Shown: piece after piece, positions 18,876 to 28,994 of the stretch | Layout: every line of letters begins with the position of its first letter | Position numbering within the stretch: the first letter of the stretch is position 1 | DNA from: an uncultured Acidobacteriota bacterium | GTDB taxonomy: Bacteria; Acidobacteriota; Thermoanaerobaculia; Multivoradales; UBA5704 | Length of the DNA: 64,000 nucleotides | Assembly: GCA_963770895.1 (NCBI GenBank) | Contig: CAVYRF010000002.1 | Coordinates: 3,360,001-3,424,000, forward strand | Direction: 5' to 3' | The notes under the pieces: generated by a model | Seen by the model: the letters and a program-made list of their open reading frames with translations, nothing else | The model's database searches: none | Told to the model about the DNA's origin: nothing | Made by a program: the position numbers and the translations under genes

Positions 18876-19131
18876 CGCTTGGCCCGAATAGCAGCAGGTT
18901 TATTCAGCCGACAACAGCCGGAGAGTGTCATGCCCGTGAGGCGGCTGAGCGGGTTCTCATCAGAGGTCCAGTCGCGACCCGCCTGGAAGTCAGCGGGGTG
19001 GGTGGTTGCGAACAGCCTCACCGTCTCCATCCAGCCGGCAGGCGGGGACATCGGCGGATTCGCCAACTTCATCCGGGATGTACAGGGCCGGCCTTGTGGT
19101 GCGGCGCCGTTTGCGCCAGGATTGCGAAACC

Positions 19132-20295
19132 ATGTCGAGATCGCAGCCGTCGCCTTCGCGCGCCGCCCCCGGCGGCATCCTGGCGCGCGTCTGGCTGGTC
19201 GCGTGCTGGCTCGCCGTCATGGTGCCGCCGCCGGGCCGGGCGGTGGCCGTCGGCGCCGGGCCGCTCGGGCTGCTCCTCGCCAGCTCCGACGTGGTGCTCG
19301 TGGCCCGTGTCGAATCTATCGAGCGCTCCTCTGAATATGAGTATCTCGCCTTTCACGCCGAGACCATCGCTGTCCTCGCGGGGGCCGATCCGATCCCTGC
19401 CCACCTCACGCTCACGCCGGCATTTCCGATCTGGCCGGCGGACCTCGGCGTGCCCTACGAGGTGGGGACGACCGTCATCGTCTTCCTGGAGCGCCGGAGC
19501 GATGGCCTCGCGTTGATCAACGAGGTGCGAGCTATCCTGCCGGCCGGCGGTGCCGCGGGGGCGGGAGCGGGTGGAGCGGCGGTGGGGGCGAGGGTGGGGG
19601 TAGGGGTACGCTACGGAAACCTGCGCGCCGGTGTTTTCGATCAGCTCTCCGCCGCGCTCGGCCGTACTCACGATGACCGCCAGGCGGCTCGCCTGCTGGT
19701 GCTGCTCGCCGAGATATCGATCGACAGAGACGAAGGCACCTTCGTGCCGTTCCTCGACGGCACCGGCACCGGCGTCTGGAGCCGCCGCGCCGCGCTGGCC
19801 GCCCTGCTGCGCCTCCATCCCACGCCGGCGCGGGTCCGCCTTGCCGGCGAAGACTTCCGGGGGTTCCTCGCCAGCCCCCCAGACGCAGCCGACCGTTTCC
19901 TGTTGCGGGAGCTCTACGAATCGGTGCTCGACGACCGCTTCGTCTCACCCCAGGAAGCGCCGGGGCGGGCGGCGCCGTTTCTCCCCATCTACCGCGCCAT
20001 CGCCGACGCGCCGGATGAATTGGGTCTCGAAGAGGCCGCCCTGCACGGCCTGCAGCACGCCGGGCAACGCGCCGACGCCCTGCGGCTTTACGCCTACGCC
20101 AGGAGTCCCCGGCCGTACCTCCGCCACCAGGCGCTCGACACCCTCTGCCAGATGTTCGGCGTCCCCCTCCGCCAGCACACCGTGATCTCCTACGAGATGC
20201 CGCTCGCCCCGGAGGTCGTCGAGCAGGAGCAGCTCATGCAGACCGCGGTCCGCGCGGCGCTCGAGCGCGAGGGCCTGCTCCCTCCCGGCGGTTGA
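19132..20295 (+). CDS. Hypothetical exported protein with helical (HEAT-like) C-terminal region
   Basis: Long ORF with GC3 bias, hydrophobic N-terminus and an SDVVLVARV motif; start uncertain. Confidence 0.6.
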   Translation: MSRSQPSPSRAAPGGILARVWLVACWLAVMVPPPGRAVAVGAGPLGLLLASSDVVLVARVESIERSSEYEYLAFHAETIAVLAGADPIPAHLTLTPAFPIWPADLGVPYEVGTTVIVFLERRSDGLALINEVRAILPAGGAAGAGAGGAAVGARVGVGVRYGNLRAGVFDQLSAALGRTHDDRQAARLLVLLAEISIDRDEGTFVPFLDGTGTGVWSRRAALAALLRLHPTPARVRLAGEDFRGFLASPPDAADRFLLRELYESVLDDRFVSPQEAPGRAAPFLPIYRAIADAPDELGLEEAALHGLQHAGQRADALRLYAYARSPRPYLRHQALDTLCQMFGVPLRQHTVISYEMPLAPEVVEQEQLMQTAVRAALEREGLLPPGG

Positions 20296-20384
20296 CCTTT
20301 GTTGAGCTCGCCGATCTTCACGAGGAAATCTGTCACATTGCCGCGCGGCGGGGCGACCGCCGCGCGGACACGTTCAGGTGCTGG

Positions 20385-20434
20385 TTGTCGGCTCCGCGAG
20401 CGGCGCGTGGGTTCGAGTCCCACTCCCTCCGCGA
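20385..20434 (+). other. tRNA 3'-half fragment (tRNA-Ser-like), possible att remnant
   Basis: GTGGG-TTCGAGT-CCCAC T-arm followed by TCCCTCCGC, resembling an acceptor 3' strand; no matching 5' half found. Confidence 0.5.
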
Positions 20435-20470
20435 CCCGGTTCTTGACGCCGGTTTTGCTTCAGCTTCGGA

Positions 20471-21964
20471 CTACGGGGCAGCGCAGGCCACGCCTCGGCT
20501 TTCGGCGGCGTTGAAGACGAGTTGGGTGCAAAGCGCGGCCTGGTCTGTGGTGACGGTCAGAACGGAGAGCGGCACGCCATTTTGGAGGACCCCGCACTGG
20601 TCACCGGCTCCGGGTGTATTCCCTCCAGCGGCCAGGCTGAAGATCGTTGGGTCGTACATTACGGGTGGATCGATCGAGGTGATGACGGCGCCCCCGAGAT
20701 TGACGCAGTAGTTGAGGTTGGCGAGGATGGAGTTGAACTGATCGATGGTGGAGCAGGGGCAGGTCGCCGGCTGGGCCATCACCGACACGTTGTCGACCAT
20801 CGGTCCGGCGCACGTCCCGTCGTTTTCCAGGCTCGCAAACGAGATCACCGTCGAGGCGCCGACGGCCGTAAAGCTGAGCGAAGCGGCATGCCAGATGTTG
20901 GTGCCGTCCAGGTAGCCCTCGGCGAGCGGATCGGCCGAGACCACGGTGGAGCCGCTCCCGGCGCTCGCCTGCATGGTCTTCGGTCCAAAGTAGCAGGGCG
21001 AGTAGGAATTGGCGGAATAGGAGAAGCTCATGGTGTACGAAACGCCGGGCGTCGTCGGTATCGTCTGCGAGACCGTTCCCGGTGCGTTGCCGCAGCAGCT
21101 GTTCAGGTCGATGAAACGTTCGCCGTCCGCGGCGACCATCGAGTCGGGGACGGTCAAGTCCGCATCCTGCCAGTCCACGCCGCCGCCGCTGACCGTCCAG
21201 TTGGGAATCGTGTCCGTCGCCCCAAAGTACCCGATCGGCGCCCAATAGCCGTGGTTGTTGGGCCAGCCGCCGTCGATCTGGGTGGTGCTTTCGAACCCCA
21301 CCTCGAAGCTTCCGTTCTGGACCAGATTGGGCAGCACCGAGACGTTGTCGACCATCGGCCCGGCGCACGTCCCGTCGTTTTCGAGGCTGGCGAACGAGAT
21401 CACCGTCGACGCGCTGGCGGCCGTAAAGCTGACCGAAGCGGCATGCCAGATGTTGGTGCTGTCCAGGTAGCCCTCGGCGAGCGGATCGGCCGAGACCACG
21501 GTGGCGGCGCTCCCGGCGCTCGCCTGCATGGTCTTCGGCCCAAAGTAGCAGGGCGAGTAGGGGTTGGCGGAGTAGGAAAAGCTCATGGTGTACGCAACCC
21601 CGGTCGTCGTCGCTATCGTTTGCGAGATCACGCCCGGTGCGTTGCCACAGCAGCTGTTCAGGTCGATGAAACGCTCGCCGTCCGCGGCGACCATCGAGTC
21701 GGGGACGGTTGAGTCCGCGTCCTGCCAGTCCACACCGCCGCCGCTGACCGTCCAGTTGGGAATCGTGTCGGTCGCCCCAAAGTACCCGATCGGCGCCCAA
21801 TAGCCGTGGTTGCTCGGCCAGCCGCCGTCGATCTGGGTGGTGCTTTCGTATCCCACCTCGAAGCTTCCGTTCTGGGCCAGGTTGGTTTGAGCCGCGGCCG
21901 GGCTTGACACCAGCGCCAATGCCAAGCCGACAAGCATGAAAAGGCCGATGACACTTCTCCTCAT
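20471..21964 (-). CDS. Secreted protein with two tandem DUF642/choice-of-anchor C-like carbohydrate-binding domains and a Cys-rich tail
   Basis: Signal peptide; NL.QNGSFE...WTVSGGGVD...DGERFIDLN...GPMVDNVSV twice; GAGGAG RBS. Confidence 0.85.
   Translation of the reverse strand: MRRSVIGLFMLVGLALALVSSPAAAQTNLAQNGSFEVGYESTTQIDGGWPSNHGYWAPIGYFGATDTIPNWTVSGGGVDWQDADSTVPDSMVAADGERFIDLNSCCGNAPGVISQTIATTTGVAYTMSFSYSANPYSPCYFGPKTMQASAGSAATVVSADPLAEGYLDSTNIWHAASVSFTAASASTVISFASLENDGTCAGPMVDNVSVLPNLVQNGSFEVGFESTTQIDGGWPNNHGYWAPIGYFGATDTIPNWTVSGGGVDWQDADLTVPDSMVAADGERFIDLNSCCGNAPGTVSQTIPTTPGVSYTMSFSYSANSYSPCYFGPKTMQASAGSGSTVVSADPLAEGYLDGTNIWHAASLSFTAVGASTVISFASLENDGTCAGPMVDNVSVMAQPATCPCSTIDQFNSILANLNYCVNLGGAVITSIDPPVMYDPTIFSLAAGGNTPGAGDQCGVLQNGVPLSVLTVTTDQAALCTQLVFNAAESRGVACAAP
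20781..21880. repeat. Intragenic tandem duplication, 555-bp unit (185 aa), two copies
   Basis: ACGTTGTCGACC at 20787 and 21342; the two units are highly similar, with many synonymous differences. Confidence 0.92.
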
Positions 21965-22103
21965 GAGGAATCCTCCTCTTTCTTCTGATCAGGTAGCGAG
22001 ATTGCCGCCTCACTACCTATTCGGAATTCGGAGGCCGGACCTATCACGAGTCGTCAACGCAAGGCCTCGATCGCGTCCACCCTGTGCGGTCGGGCGTTCG
22101 CTC

Positions 22104-24890
22104 TCACCCCCCAGCTCGCACTGAGCCGGTGGCGGGCCGTGCCGCTGTTGCCAGCACCTTGAGGTGAGCGAGAAGCGGCGCGGTCGGGACCAGCGCCCCT
22201 TCGGCCTGCTTCAGGATGGTCGCCGCGAGCGCTGCGCCCGCGGCGCGTTGGGCAGCGGTGCCGCGCGCCAGGAGCTCGGCGCGCGGCACCTTGCCCACGG
22301 CGCAGAGGATGTGCCCGGCACCATAGTACTGCTGCTCGGTCTGCTCGGCGCGCAGCAAGCCTTGGAGCGCCTCCGTGGTGTGTCCGAGTGCCGCCTCGGC
22401 GAGAGCGGCTTGGCGCTCTACCTCGATGCCCAGCCACGACTTTGTCACCGGCACCAGCGGCCGGATGCTGGCCATCTCCGCCAGCGCCCGCGCCGCATCG
22501 CCCTTGCGCAGGTACCACATCGCTTGCACGAGGCGCGCCTTGAGCGTATCCGGTGCGTTCTCACGGCGGGTGGCGAGGCGCATCTTGAGCGCCATTGCGA
22601 CCTGCGGGCGGGCGGCGTCGAGCTCGCCGGCGCGCACCAGCGACAGGGCGTAGTTGACGCGGATGACCGCCAGGCTGCCTTCCGAGGAGGATCTGGCGAG
22701 CGCGGCAAGCGACCGTTCCCAGGCGCGCGTGGCGGCGCGTTCATCGCCGACCGCGTCTTCGGCCATCGCCAGGTTGTGAAGCATGATGCCGACCGGTGCC
22801 GAGGACGGGCCCATCCTGCGGGTCGCGATCGAAATCGCCTGTTGATAGAGCGGGATGGCCTCGCGCCCGCGTCCCGCGAAGTCCAGGCCGCGCGCCAGCT
22901 CCGCCATCGCCCAGGCGGTCGCGAAGGAGTCGGCGCCCTTGATGCGACGGTTGGCGGAGAGCGCGGCGCGGAATTCCGCCACGGCCTCGGGGAAGCGCTG
23001 CGCGTCGTCGAGGGCCCGGCCGATGTTCTCGTACGTCTCGATGTAATCATTGTCATTCTTGCCATGCAGCTGGCCGTACATTCCCTGGCCGCGGCGCAGC
23101 GTCGCGATCGCATCGTCGTGCCAGCCTTCCTTCGAAAGCGTCATGCCGAGCACATCGAGAGCATCCGCCAGGTCGTTGCTCGGGCCGCCGCGCGCCAGGA
23201 TCGCCACGTTGCGTCGCCGCAGCGCCTCCGCTTCGCGGGTCCGATCGGTCAGATGAAGGATGGCGGCGAGCTCTTCGCGCGCCGTGACCGCCAGCATCCC
23301 CTCCGCTCCGGCATGCCGTTCGACGAGTGTCAGCGCCTCGCGTGCGTCGGCCTCGCCGCTGGCCGGATCGAACGTCACATCGCGCAGGTCCGACAGGTTT
23401 ATCAAGAGGCGGGCCAGGGCGAGCGGCCGGTCCAGGCTGCGCTCGATCGCGACGGCGCGGAGCAGGTGATCGCGCGCCTTGACGGTATTGCCCATGTTCT
23501 CCTGGACCTGGCCGAGTGCGCCGTGAATGTCGGAGAGCGCCGCGGCCTGTCCCTTGAGCTCGGTCTCGAGACGCGCTTCGGCCTGGGCGATCAGCGTCGC
23601 GGTCGGCACCGGGGCGACCTCGCCAGCCTCGTGCGAGGCGCGGAAGATCGACACCAGGAAGTCGCTGACTTGGCGCGATGCGGCTTCGGCCCGCGTGGCG
23701 CGGTTGCGGTCGCTCTCCGCCTTGGACGCGGCGGCGCGGGCGCTCCGTTCGGCGGTGCGTGCCAGGTGCGACTCGAACATCGCCTGGGCGGCGGCCGCGG
23801 AGACGGTCGCGGCGAGGAGCAGGGCGGCCGCCGCCGCCGTCCGGCGGCGGGCGAGGAGCTTGCGCAGCACGTAGCCGCGCCGCCCCTGCCATTCGGCAAT
23901 GGGAAGGCGGTCGCGGAAGCGTCGGATGTCGGCGGTCAGCGAGTCGACCGTGGCATAGCGCTCGGCCGGGTCGCGACGCGTGGCACGGGCGATGATCGCC
24001 GCGAGCTCGCGCCGGCGCAGCGCAGACAGGTGTTGCCGGCCGGCCGCCGCCGCGAGGAGCTCGGCCAGGAGCACGCCGAGGCTGTAGATGTCGCTCGCCG
24101 TGGAGAGCGCTCCGCGCTCGATCTGCTCGGGACTGGCGTAGCGCGGCGTAAAGGCGTGCGGCGGCGGGGCGGCGGGCAAGGCGGGCTCGGCGCCCGCCTC
24201 GACGCGGCCGAGCAGGTGGGCGATGCCGAAGTCGAGCAGCACCGGGCGGCCGCCGGCGTCGATCAGCAGATTCGACGGCTTGAGGTCACAGTGGATGACC
24301 AGCTGGCGATGGGCGAACGCCACCGCGTCGCAGGCGGTGAGAAAGAGATCGAGGATCGCCTCGACACCGAGCTGCGCGTGGCGGCAGTGCACGTCGATGT
24401 GATTTCCCTCGATGTACTCCATGACCAGGTAGGGCCGCTGGTTCGGTGTCGCGCCGCCGTCGAGCAGGCGGGCGATGTTGGGGTGGGTGAGGTGGGCGAG
24501 GAGCTGCCGCTCGCGGGTGAAGAGCGCCAACGCCTGCGGGCTCGGCACGCCCTGCAAGATCTTGAGAGCCGCGCGCTGCTCGAAGTGGCCGTCGCTACGT
24601 TCGGCCAGGAAGACGCGCGCCATGCCGCCACGGCCGATCTCGGCCGCGATGCGCCAAACCCCCAGGGTGTCGCCCGGCGCGATCGCGTGCGTCGCCGCTT
24701 CGTCGAGCACCGAGGCGATGGGTTGCCAGGCGAGCGTCGTACCAGTGGTCACGGCGTGGAGTGCCAGCACCTCGGCGATCACCCCTGCATCGTCGGTGAG
24801 CCCCGCCAGGGCCGCGGCGCGCTGGTCGGGCGGCAGCTCGGCGACCACGGCGAAGAGGCGCTTGATGGTTGCGTACTGCTCGGGGCTCAT
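22104..24890 (-). CDS. ECF-associated Ser/Thr kinase with TM and TPR repeats
   Basis: IGRGGMARVF, HCDLKPSN, DFGIA and FTPRYASPEQ; TPR-like helices; ATGA overlap with the sigma factor stop. Confidence 0.9.
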   Translation of the reverse strand: MSPEQYATIKRLFAVVAELPPDQRAAALAGLTDDAGVIAEVLALHAVTTGTTLAWQPIASVLDEAATHAIAPGDTLGVWRIAAEIGRGGMARVFLAERSDGHFEQRAALKILQGVPSPQALALFTRERQLLAHLTHPNIARLLDGGATPNQRPYLVMEYIEGNHIDVHCRHAQLGVEAILDLFLTACDAVAFAHRQLVIHCDLKPSNLLIDAGGRPVLLDFGIAHLLGRVEAGAEPALPAAPPPHAFTPRYASPEQIERGALSTASDIYSLGVLLAELLAAAAGRQHLSALRRRELAAIIARATRRDPAERYATVDSLTADIRRFRDRLPIAEWQGRRGYVLRKLLARRRTAAAAALLLAATVSAAAAQAMFESHLARTAERSARAAASKAESDRNRATRAEAASRQVSDFLVSIFRASHEAGEVAPVPTATLIAQAEARLETELKGQAAALSDIHGALGQVQENMGNTVKARDHLLRAVAIERSLDRPLALARLLINLSDLRDVTFDPASGEADAREALTLVERHAGAEGMLAVTAREELAAILHLTDRTREAEALRRRNVAILARGGPSNDLADALDVLGMTLSKEGWHDDAIATLRRGQGMYGQLHGKNDNDYIETYENIGRALDDAQRFPEAVAEFRAALSANRRIKGADSFATAWAMAELARGLDFAGRGREAIPLYQQAISIATRRMGPSSAPVGIMLHNLAMAEDAVGDERAATRAWERSLAALARSSSEGSLAVIRVNYALSLVRAGELDAARPQVAMALKMRLATRRENAPDTLKARLVQAMWYLRKGDAARALAEMASIRPLVPVTKSWLGIEVERQAALAEAALGHTTEALQGLLRAEQTEQQYYGAGHILCAVGKVPRAELLARGTAAQRAAGAALAATILKQAEGALVPTAPLLAHLKVLATAARPATGSVRAGG

Positions 24891-25576
24891 GTCGATCGCG
24901 GCCTGCGCGGTTGCGACGGGTGGAGAGCATGCCGTTGGAAACCTGGCGGCTGGTGCTGCGGCGGCGCATGCCGCCGCGGCGGGTCCCTGCGCGCCGGGGC
25001 GCCGAGCGCCTTGTTGAGCCAGGCGCGGGCGAAGCGGAGCTCGCGGTCGACCGTCGGCACCGAGATGTCGAGGAGGCTCGCGATCTCCTCGCGGTCCAGG
25101 CCGCCGAAGCACTTGAGATGCATGATCTGGCCGCAGCGCGCATCGAGCCGCGCCAGGCGTTCGAGCGCGTCATCGATGACCAGCAAGTCGACCGCCGCCG
25201 CGCCGCTGCCGCCAGCCGCCTCCGCCACGTCCGCCAGGGTGACGCGCAGGGCGCCACCGCCGCGCTTTCCGGCGGCACGCGCCCGCGCGTGATCGACCAG
25301 GATCGAGCGGATGGCGAGCGACAGCGTGGCAAAGAAGTGCGCTCGGTTCTGGAACTCGGCGGGCGACGGCAGGAGGCCCAACAGAGCCTCGTGCAGCACC
25401 TCGGTCGGCGAGAGCGTGACCGGGTGGCTGCCGCGGCTCACTCGCCGGGCGGCCACCGCCTTGAGCTGGTCGTAGACCTGGTCGATGAGCTCGCCGAACG
25501 CAGTGCCGCTTCCCTGGCGCCAGGAGCGGAGGAGGGCGGTGAGCGGCGGCGGCTCGGGGGGCGGGGTTGGAGGCAT
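24887..25576 (-). CDS. ECF-type RNA polymerase sigma factor (kinase-associated type)
   Basis: LTALLRSW, TLSPTEVLHEA, NRAHFF, ILVDHARAR.AGKRGG, FGGL..EEIA and TVDRELRFARAWL. Confidence 0.92.
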   Translation of the reverse strand: MPPTPPPEPPPLTALLRSWRQGSGTAFGELIDQVYDQLKAVAARRVSRGSHPVTLSPTEVLHEALLGLLPSPAEFQNRAHFFATLSLAIRSILVDHARARAAGKRGGGALRVTLADVAEAAGGSGAAAVDLLVIDDALERLARLDARCGQIMHLKCFGGLDREEIASLLDISVPTVDRELRFARAWLNKALGAPARRDPPRRHAPPQHQPPGFQRHALHPSQPRRPRST

Positions 25577-25881
25577 CGTGCCAGGGAGCGATGCGGTGAT
25601 CGGGTGCCGCCAGGAGACAAGCTCCCGGCAACTCCAGCCGCGCCCGCAATGAGTCGTGTGCGGTGCCTGAGCTTCCTTGTGCAGCCGTCCATTATACAGC
25701 TATGCAGCACAGGTGTGTGGGTGCAGCGCCGGCCCGTCGCTGCGAGCGTTCACTGGTGCTGGACCTGCGGTTGCAGCACTTTCCTGGCGTACACTTGGTC
25801 GAGACCGTCGAACGCCGCAGCGAGATCGCGCGGCGCCTCCGGCGGCTCGCCTGAAACGCCCAAGACGCAAGGAGAATGGAT

Positions 25882-26364
25882 ATGGCCGATCTCGTTACGT
25901 GCCTGTGGTTCGACCACGGCGAATCAAGCAAGGCGGCGGAATTCTACGCCGCGACATTTCCCGACAGCCATGTCGACCGGGTGAACGCTGCCCCCGGTGA
26001 TTTTCCCGGCGGCCACGAAGGCAGCGAGTTGACCGTCGAATTCACGGTGCTCGGGCGGCGGTTCGTCGGTCTCAACGGTGGCCCGAATTTCACGCCGAAT
26101 GAATCGGTCAGCTTCATGGTCGTTACCGAAGACCAGGAAGAGACCGACCGCTACTGGGACGCGATCGTCGGCAATGGAGGCGTCGAGAGTGCCTGCGGCT
26201 GGTGCAAGGACCGTTGGGGCTTTTCCTGGCAAATCACGCCGAGGCGGCTGCTTGACCTGACGACGAGTTCCGACCGTGGCAAGGCAAAGCGCGCCTTCGA
26301 GGCGATGATGACGATGACGAAAATCGACGTCGCCAGGATCGAAGAGGCGGCGGAAGCCGCCTGA
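25882..26364 (+). CDS. VOC family PhnB-like (3-demethylubiquinone-9 3-methyltransferase-like) protein
   Basis: [33 protein letters not shown]; AAGGAG RBS. Confidence 0.9.
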   Translation: MADLVTCLWFDHGESSKAAEFYAATFPDSHVDRVNAAPGDFPGGHEGSELTVEFTVLGRRFVGLNGGPNFTPNESVSFMVVTEDQEETDRYWDAIVGNGGVESACGWCKDRWGFSWQITPRRLLDLTTSSDRGKAKRAFEAMMTMTKIDVARIEEAAEAA

Positions 26365-26618
26365 AGGGCGCCCGCCAGGGCTGAGCCGGAGCCTGCACGT
26401 CTCATCGAGAACCAGGAGGAGCGCTCCGCGGCACTCCACCGCGCACCGCGGAGAGCGGCGAGCCCAACACCGATCTGGGCAGTCGGCGGCCACTTTTACT
26501 CGGCGCCGAACCCACCTCCAGCGTCGCCCTTTCGGCCAATCCCTCCAATGCTTGAGTGAGCGGCGCGGCTGCGCCGGCGCAGGTGCGCCGCGGTGGGTTA
26601 GGCCGCTTTGCGGCGCGG

Positions 26619-28970
26619 TCAGGGGCCCGGCGGCGGCTCGACGGCGGCCAGCCAGGTGGTGAAAGCGGCGCCGAAGTCCAGGTGGCCAGCTGGCAGCGGC
26701 AGCCATTGGGCGAAGTCGGGGAAGGCGCGCAGGCCGTCGAGGAAGAGCGGCACGCCGGTGGGCTGCCTGCCGGCTTCCGACCCTCCCGCGATGCGGGCCA
26801 GCGCCGCGGTGTCGGGCAGGTCGGGGAAGTACGCGGTCAGATTTGCCACCACCTCGGGCAGCGCCTGCCGGCGGCGGCGCCGAACTAGCTCGAAGGCGGC
26901 CAGGCAGGCGCCGATCGGATCCACCCACTTGATGGACAGCGCCTGATCAAGCCGGGCGTCACTGACGTCAGTTTCGAGGCGTCGCCGGCGGCGGAAGGCG
27001 CGGCTGAGCTGGGCCAGGAAGCGAAGATCCTGCAGGGCGTTTCTGCCGGCAAGCATCTGTTGCATCCCCGTGGGCAGAGAGCCCAGAAGATGTCCCAGCG
27101 GCAGCAGAAACTGGCTGACGCGCGGCACGTGCTCTTCGTCCAGGGTCAAGACGATAAGAGTGCCGCGGTTCGGTATGGCGAAACTCGCGACCGTCGAGGG
27201 CGCCATGTCGTCCACCTGCAGCGAGACCAGCATGCCACCCGATCGCGGAGCGAAGACGGCGTGGCGAATGCCTGGCATCGCCGTGGGCTCCGCCGCGGAC
27301 TGCCAGACCAGTGAGGCTGTCGCGCCGGCGATCTGGGGTGAGGCTTCCGGTGTCGCGGGCACCTTCAGTTCGGTGACGGCCACTTTGAGCGTGGTGGCCG
27401 GCTGCTCGAAGCCCGCCAACACATAGAGGGGAGAGCCGCCCTGTGCAATCTGCGAAAAATTGCCCAGCGGCAAGGTGGCGATCTTGCTGTAGTCGCCCTG
27501 CGAACCGAGAATGCGGCCGCCGCCCAACAGGGTGAGCCACAGATCTAGGTCCGGATCCGCGATCGGGCCGCCGAGCGATTCGGAAAAGTCGAGCCCGTCC
27601 TGCGCCGCAGGCAGCAGGCGCGCGATCGACTGATGAGGGATGCTATCTCCCCACGCCGCAGGGTTCAAGACCGTACGCTCTCCCGGCTGCAGATAGATCT
27701 CCCGGCGCAGCAGGGCCGGCCCGTGCGGGGTGTTAAACGTCACCGCGTAGGTGCCGGGTGTGAGCGCCGCAGTGACGGACCTCTCGAAGAACGACTTGAT
27801 GCCGGTTTCGACGTTGTGCAAGGCGACCTCGCTCCCCTGCGGCACGAGCAGATCCACCTGTGCTGCCAGGCTCTCGCTGCTGGCGCCGCCGATCTCCCCA
27901 TCGCCGTCCCATCCGCCGCCGAGCAGAGGCTTGAATTCGACGGTCGCGTCCTCGAACAGCTCGACGGGCGCCTCGCCGGCCGGCAGCACCTGCGTCGCGG
28001 GCAGGTTGAGGCGCACTGTGTAGAAATCCGGCTCCAAGGCGAGCACCAGCCGCTGCTGGTCGAACGCGTGCGCCGTTTCTGCAGGCGAGGTCGAGCGTTT
28101 CAAAAACAAGGTGCCGGTGAGGCCCGTGTGGGCGGACGCCAGATTGACGGTCAAATTGCACAATGGCACGGGTTTGATCTTGGCGAGAATCGCATCCGCT
28201 TCGCCGTCCTCGCCTGCAACCCAGTGAGTGATGGGTTGCCTTGACGCTAGACGCTCCTTAAGGAATCGGCGCAGGGACTCGTAATTGACCACCATCGCAT
28301 CGGCCATGGGCAGTTGCCAGATCTTGGCTTTACCTGCACCCCTGAGGCCCGCTTCGAGGGTCGAGGCGAAGGGGCCACCCACCAGCGCCGGGGCTCCCCG
28401 TACCGTGGATTGCAGGACGTAGATCGTGGACTCTTCAGAATCTTGCGCATCTTGCTGCAGCTGGAGCCCTACTTGGACGGAGTTCGGCTTGAGGATATTC
28501 CGGCAGGCGTCGATGAAGTGGAAATGATGACCGATGCCCATGTTCGTCTGTAGCCAGCCGACGATCTCGTCAAGCTTGAAGCAGCTGGCGCTCGACACCT
28601 TGCCATTCTTGAAATCGGCAGTGACCAGGACATCCGAGCGGGAGCCCGGTGTGCCCTCAAAGCAAAATCCGTGGCCGCTGAAATAGAAGAACAGCTCTTC
28701 GGTCATGTTGCGTCCTGCGGTCTTCAGGTCTTCCAGAGCCGTGATGAGATCCTCGCGGGAAGCGCCGCGACCGCCGGCAACCTGCGGTTCGGAGCAGAAC
28801 AGAAGCTGCGTCTCAGGGGGGTTCCTTCCCTGATCGGATTGCCACCTCTGTTCCAGCCAGGCGCGGAATCTGTTGGCGGCCGCGAGCGTTCCTGGCAGGA
28901 TATCCGCCAGCCCTCCCTGGTCGATGCGTGGGTACCGTTCGATGGCAATGATGAGGGCGCGGGAAGTCAT
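26619..28970 (-). CDS. Caspase-family (peptidase C14) protein with a long uncharacterised C-terminal region
   Basis: RALIIAIERY, YFSGHG (His) and FIDACRN (Cys) dyad; two beta-rich repeats (LEPDFYTVRL, LTPGTYAVTF); helical C-terminus. Confidence 0.88.
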   Translation of the reverse strand: MTSRALIIAIERYPRIDQGGLADILPGTLAAANRFRAWLEQRWQSDQGRNPPETQLLFCSEPQVAGGRGASREDLITALEDLKTAGRNMTEELFFYFSGHGFCFEGTPGSRSDVLVTADFKNGKVSSASCFKLDEIVGWLQTNMGIGHHFHFIDACRNILKPNSVQVGLQLQQDAQDSEESTIYVLQSTVRGAPALVGGPFASTLEAGLRGAGKAKIWQLPMADAMVVNYESLRRFLKERLASRQPITHWVAGEDGEADAILAKIKPVPLCNLTVNLASAHTGLTGTLFLKRSTSPAETAHAFDQQRLVLALEPDFYTVRLNLPATQVLPAGEAPVELFEDATVEFKPLLGGGWDGDGEIGGASSESLAAQVDLLVPQGSEVALHNVETGIKSFFERSVTAALTPGTYAVTFNTPHGPALLRREIYLQPGERTVLNPAAWGDSIPHQSIARLLPAAQDGLDFSESLGGPIADPDLDLWLTLLGGGRILGSQGDYSKIATLPLGNFSQIAQGGSPLYVLAGFEQPATTLKVAVTELKVPATPEASPQIAGATASLVWQSAAEPTAMPGIRHAVFAPRSGGMLVSLQVDDMAPSTVASFAIPNRGTLIVLTLDEEHVPRVSQFLLPLGHLLGSLPTGMQQMLAGRNALQDLRFLAQLSRAFRRRRRLETDVSDARLDQALSIKWVDPIGACLAAFELVRRRRRQALPEVVANLTAYFPDLPDTAALARIAGGSEAGRQPTGVPLFLDGLRAFPDFAQWLPLPAGHLDFGAAFTTWLAAVEPPPGP

Positions 28971-28994
28971 GATGGTTCTCTGTCAACTCGCCAG

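Noticed and set aside
20340-20434. Complete tRNA gene
   Set aside because: Only the T-arm and 3' acceptor strand are present; no cloverleaf can be built
22164-25292. 1042-aa plus-strand ORF
   Set aside because: Antisense to the kinase and ECF genes, which carry the real motifs
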